Shown: in pieces, positions 60,593 through 64,000 of the stretch
Numbering within the stretch: the first letter of the stretch is position 1
How the letters are laid out: each line of letters starts with the position of its first letter
Assembly: GCA_963790475.1 (NCBI GenBank)
Contig: CAWBOS010000013.1
Span: 256,001 to 320,000, forward strand
DNA: 64,000 nucleotides
Reading direction: 5' to 3'
Origin: an uncultured delta proteobacterium
GTDB lineage: Bacteria > Desulfobacterota > RBG-13-43-22
Notes under the pieces: model-generated
The model's input: the letters and a program-made list of their open reading frames with translations, nothing else
The model's database searches: none
What the model was told of the DNA's origin: nothing
Translations under genes and position numbers: made by a program

Positions 60593-61174
60593 GTGTACCT
60601 GATTGTCGGCTTAGGGAATCCAGGTCAAAAATACAAAAACACTCGCCATAATCTGGGTTTTTTGACCCTGGCGGCCTTGGCCCGCCGTCATCAAATCTCG
60701 CCAGAAAAACGAAAGTTTGAAAGTCATTACGGGTTGGGAGAAATACTTCAGGAAAAGGTCATTCTCTTAACTCCCTTGACCTATATGAACCTGAGCGGTC
60801 AGGCCGTCGGCTCTTTCCTGCGATATTTTCAGATCTCATCTGCCAATCTGATCGTCATCCACGACGATCTTGATCTCCCCTGGACCCGAATGAAGATAAC
60901 GAATAAGGGTGGGGCCGCCGGACATAAAGGCCTCCTGTCCATAATAAGTCATATTCAGGCCAGCGAATTTATTCGGATACGCCTGGGAATCGGCCGTCCG
61001 CCGGAAAGAATTCTACCGGAATCCTATGTCCTGGAAGCCTTCTCGGCCGAAGAGAGAAAAGACCTTCCCCTCCTGATCGACCGGGCCTGCGAGGCTATCG
61101 AGGTCATCCTTGAACAGGGAATAACCACGGCCATGAACCGATTTAATGTCCGGGAATCCAAGGCTGAGGTTTAG
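60593..61174 (+). CDS. pth: Peptidyl-tRNA hydrolase
   Basis: GLGNPG, TRHNLG, TYMNLSG, HDDLD, GHKG. Confidence 0.97.
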   Translation: MYLIVGLGNPGQKYKNTRHNLGFLTLAALARRHQISPEKRKFESHYGLGEILQEKVILLTPLTYMNLSGQAVGSFLRYFQISSANLIVIHDDLDLPWTRMKITNKGGAAGHKGLLSIISHIQASEFIRIRLGIGRPPERILPESYVLEAFSAEERKDLPLLIDRACEAIEVILEQGITTAMNRFNVRESKAEV

Positions 61175-61231
61175 ATAGTAGATTAAAAAATTTAGAAAAC
61201 AGGCTAAAATCCATTTTCCGAATTCTTCAAT

Positions 61232-62584
61232 ATGACTGACGAACCTTTGCCCAAGACTGATTCGAGAGCCCCGAAAAATGTTCAATTTTGGCCAAGATCA
61301 AGGAAAACGAAAATTTTGACCACAGGAATACCTGTAGTATTTCGAGGATTAAAATTTGAGTTTGACAAAGAGATTGGGCAAAAGGGGACGTTTTTCAAAT
61401 TTTTCAGCTTAATCTTTTTACTCACCCTCCTTAGTTCCTGCTCCTTTTTCGTTCAAAAGCCCTCTCCCGCCGAAGAATCAATCCGTTTCCAATTGGTTCC
61501 GGAACAAGAATGGCCTATATTGGAGGATGACTTAGATCAAGAGGGTTTAGAGCAGGCGGTTGTTCAAAGTCTGACTTATCTGAAAAATCGATCCGGAGAT
61601 AAAAAATTTATTCTGGGATCGCGGGAGATATCCAATGAAGAATTTCTGGAAAGCTTAACCCTTTTTCTGGAGATTATCAAAGATAATCCGGATAAAGACT
61701 CCCGGTTAATACAGATCAAGACTCAATTTCAACTTTATCGAACAGTCCAAAACAAAGAACCTTTGCCTCTTCTGGTAACCGGTTATTATGAACCCCTTCT
61801 TCGGGGGAGCCGTAATCCAACTGATCGCTTTCGGTACCCCGTTTACGGCCTACCCGATGATCTTTTCTTCATCGATCTGGGAAAATTTTCAAAAAAATAT
61901 CAAAATCAAAAATTGATGGCCAGGATCGAGGACAACCAGGTTATTCCCTATTATTCCCGGCGGGAGATTGATCTGGAAGGCCGTCTGGCCGGGAAAAATC
62001 TGGAAATTCTCTGGGTGGATGATCCGTTAAAACTCTTTTTCATGCACATTCAGGGGTCGGGCCAGGTTCTTCTCGAAGATGGATCTACGGTCAAATTAGG
62101 CTACGAAGCAACCAACGGCCATCCGTATTATGCCATCGGACGGGAACTGATCCGTAAAGGGGTGATTAAACCTGGAGATATATCACTTCAGTCCATCTAC
62201 GCCTATCTTGCAAATCATCCGGAAGAGCAGGCGGCCATATTGAACCTGAATCCCAGTTACATTTTTTTCCAGGAGGTGCAGGGGGGACCTTTCGGCAGTC
62301 TGGGCTTACCCCTTACGCCAAACCGCTCGGTGGCCGCGGATTTTAAAATTTTTCCTCCGGGCGGACTGGCCTGGTTGGAGAGTTGGAAACCACAATTAGA
62401 TAATCAAAATCAAATCCGATCCTGGGTTCCTTTTGGACGCTGGGTCTGCCTTCAGGACAGCGGCGGGGCCATAAAAGGCCCTTCCCGGTTGGATCTTTTC
62501 TGGGGGAATGGCCAGGAAGCCGAAATAGCGGCCGGCCACCTCCGCCACCCGGGAACTATTTTTATTCTATTAAAAAAAGAGTAG
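61232..62584 (+). CDS. mltA: Membrane-bound lytic murein transglycosylase A (lipoprotein)
   Basis: Lipobox LSSC, TGYYEP, IQGSG, NPSYIFF, QDSGGAIKG, DLFWG. Confidence 0.92.
   Translation: MTDEPLPKTDSRAPKNVQFWPRSRKTKILTTGIPVVFRGLKFEFDKEIGQKGTFFKFFSLIFLLTLLSSCSFFVQKPSPAEESIRFQLVPEQEWPILEDDLDQEGLEQAVVQSLTYLKNRSGDKKFILGSREISNEEFLESLTLFLEIIKDNPDKDSRLIQIKTQFQLYRTVQNKEPLPLLVTGYYEPLLRGSRNPTDRFRYPVYGLPDDLFFIDLGKFSKKYQNQKLMARIEDNQVIPYYSRREIDLEGRLAGKNLEILWVDDPLKLFFMHIQGSGQVLLEDGSTVKLGYEATNGHPYYAIGRELIRKGVIKPGDISLQSIYAYLANHPEEQAAILNLNPSYIFFQEVQGGPFGSLGLPLTPNRSVAADFKIFPPGGLAWLESWKPQLDNQNQIRSWVPFGRWVCLQDSGGAIKGPSRLDLFWGNGQEAEIAAGHLRHPGTIFILLKKE
61264..61405. repeat. MITE family B copy inside the mltA 5' coding region
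   Basis: Aligns with 31026-31167 (ACCACAGGAATAC...TAGTATTTCGAGGATTAAAATTTGAGT...AGAGATTGGGCAAAAGGGG). Confidence 0.88.
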
Positions 62585-62610
62585 CGCTTTAGGTATTTGA
62601 AAAAGTTTTT

Positions 62611-62801
62611 TTTCACCGCAAAGCCGCAAAGATCGCAGAGAGAATTATTTTTGTTCAATCCTCCGAGAGGTGGGATTGAACAAACCAGATCTGGCCTCCG
62701 GCCAAACAATTACCCTCAGGGTAGCGAAGGTTATTGATTGTCCCGCGGGACAATCAATAAAAAATTTCCTTCTTTGCACCCTTTGGGACTTTGCGGTGAA
62801 A
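62611..62801. repeat. MITE family A, intact copy
   Basis: TIR TTTCACCGCAAAG / CTTTGCGGTGAAA plus internal hairpins. Confidence 0.9.
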
Positions 62802-62818
62802 GCAGTCTATTATCTACT

Positions 62819-64000
62819 TGTTAAATGCCATGACATCGTGAACTAAATAATGTGCCATAACATCGTGAACAACGTTCTGTGACAATCGAATAGCCTCTCT
62901 GTCACAATCATGGACACCAAAACCAAAATGGAGGTGTTCATGATTGATGAGATTCAGCAACAAAGGACTTGGGCCGTACAGCGTTTTATTAACGGGGAGA
63001 AACCGGAATCCATTTGTGTCTCCCTGAGTTGCTCGAAAACGTGGTTGTACAAGTGGGTTAACCGTTTTTTAGAAGGCGATCCTTTCTGGGTAGAAAGTCG
63101 GTCCCAGCGACCTCTGATCACTCCGACACGTACCCCGCCGGAGATTGAAGAAATCGTCAAGTTGGTGCGTCTGAACCTTTACAACCGGGACTTGTTCTGC
63201 GGCGCCCAAGCCATCCACTGGGAAATGGAAGAACTCAACGTCCAACCGTTGCCTTCCATTCGGACTATCGACCGGATTCTCAGTCGCCAGGGTCTGACCC
63301 ATCGTCGAACCGGCCGCTATGAATCCAAGGGCACAGCCTATCCGAAGCTGCCCTCCTTGGTGCCGAATCAAACCCATCAGGCGGATTGGGTCGGTCCGTG
63401 TTATTTAACAGGACCCTTACGCTTCTATAGCCTCAATGTGGTCGATCTGGCTACGGGCCGCTGTGGGGTACATCCATCCGTCTCCAAAGCGGGCCAGAAT
63501 GTCATAGATGCCCTCTGGGCTATTTGGAAACGTCTGGGGATACCGGATAACCTCCAAGTGGATAATGAGATGTCTTTTTTCGGTAGTCCCATCCATCCTC
63601 GCGGTATGGGGCCACTGATCCGGTTGTGTCTGCATCACGGAGTCGAACCGTGGTTCATCCCCATGGCCGAACCCTGGCGTAATGGGGTAGTGGAGAAATT
63701 CAATGACCATTACGAACAACGGTTTCTTGCCAAAGATCCTTATGGCCACGCCGACGGATCTGCTATCCGGGTCACTGGCCTACGAGCAGAGGCACAATAG
63801 CACCTATCGTTACAGTAAACTGGGCGGCAAAACGCCACTGAAAGCCCTGGAGGTTGCTAAGCGAAGGCTACGTTTCCCTAAAAAAGAGCAAGCCGCCTCG
63901 GCATCGGCTCAAAAAACCTGAACTCGGACGATATCATCTTGTCCGCTTTATCCGGAGCAACCTGAAGTTGAACATCTTCGGTGAAATATTTCGTATGCCT
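62819..64000 (+). mobile_element. DDE/rve-type IS (IS481-like), left end; continues past the window
   Basis: Begins TGT; 18-bp direct repeats TGCCAT(G/A)ACATCGTGAAC at 62826 and 62853. Confidence 0.7.
62940..64000 (+). CDS. Transposase (HTH + integrase core), +1 frameshifts near 63733 and 63890
   Basis: WLYKWVNRF, PSIRTIDRIL, HQAD, LQVDN, NGVVEKFN; GGAGG RBS. Confidence 0.85.

Overview
64 kb of a bacterial chromosome, most likely a Desulfobacterota (deltaproteobacterial) anaerobe, inferred from AhbB-type heme synthesis, a selenocysteine rhodanese, PEP-CTERM, DUF1844/DUF2905 and the rpsP-khpA-rimM-trmD-rplS-rnhB-yraN-rsmI-ptsH-ptsI-smpB block. About 1-43 kb is accessory: cyclase-STAND-TPR genes, small barrel-fold proteins, acyl-CoA/SDR/TPP metabolism, LPS glycosyltransferases and many gene remnants. 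About 44-62 kb is housekeeping. Main observations: (1) an unrecognised leader element in 4 copies (4324, 4890, 5320, 10658), each directly upstream of a small barrel-type protein gene, with a terminator, alternative 1:2/2:3/3:4 pairings and a 10-codon uORF (candidate new riboswitch or attenuator); (2) a complete 1600-bp IS110 inserted at a CT core inside a host MITE, whose 3' non-coding end folds into two loops with guides matching the MITE repeat and the element's own junction (readable bridge RNA) and whose circle junction rebuilds a TTGACA-N17-TATATT promoter; (3) a ~90-bp promoter-carrying repeat flanking an acyl-CoA ligase; (4) an unannotated Sec rhodanese fragment with a SECIS hairpin; (5) several MITE/REP families, one read in frame inside mltA; (6) an SDR collapsed in frame to 52 aa. 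Six +1 frameshifts are probably assembly errors. All alignments and foldings were done by eye.
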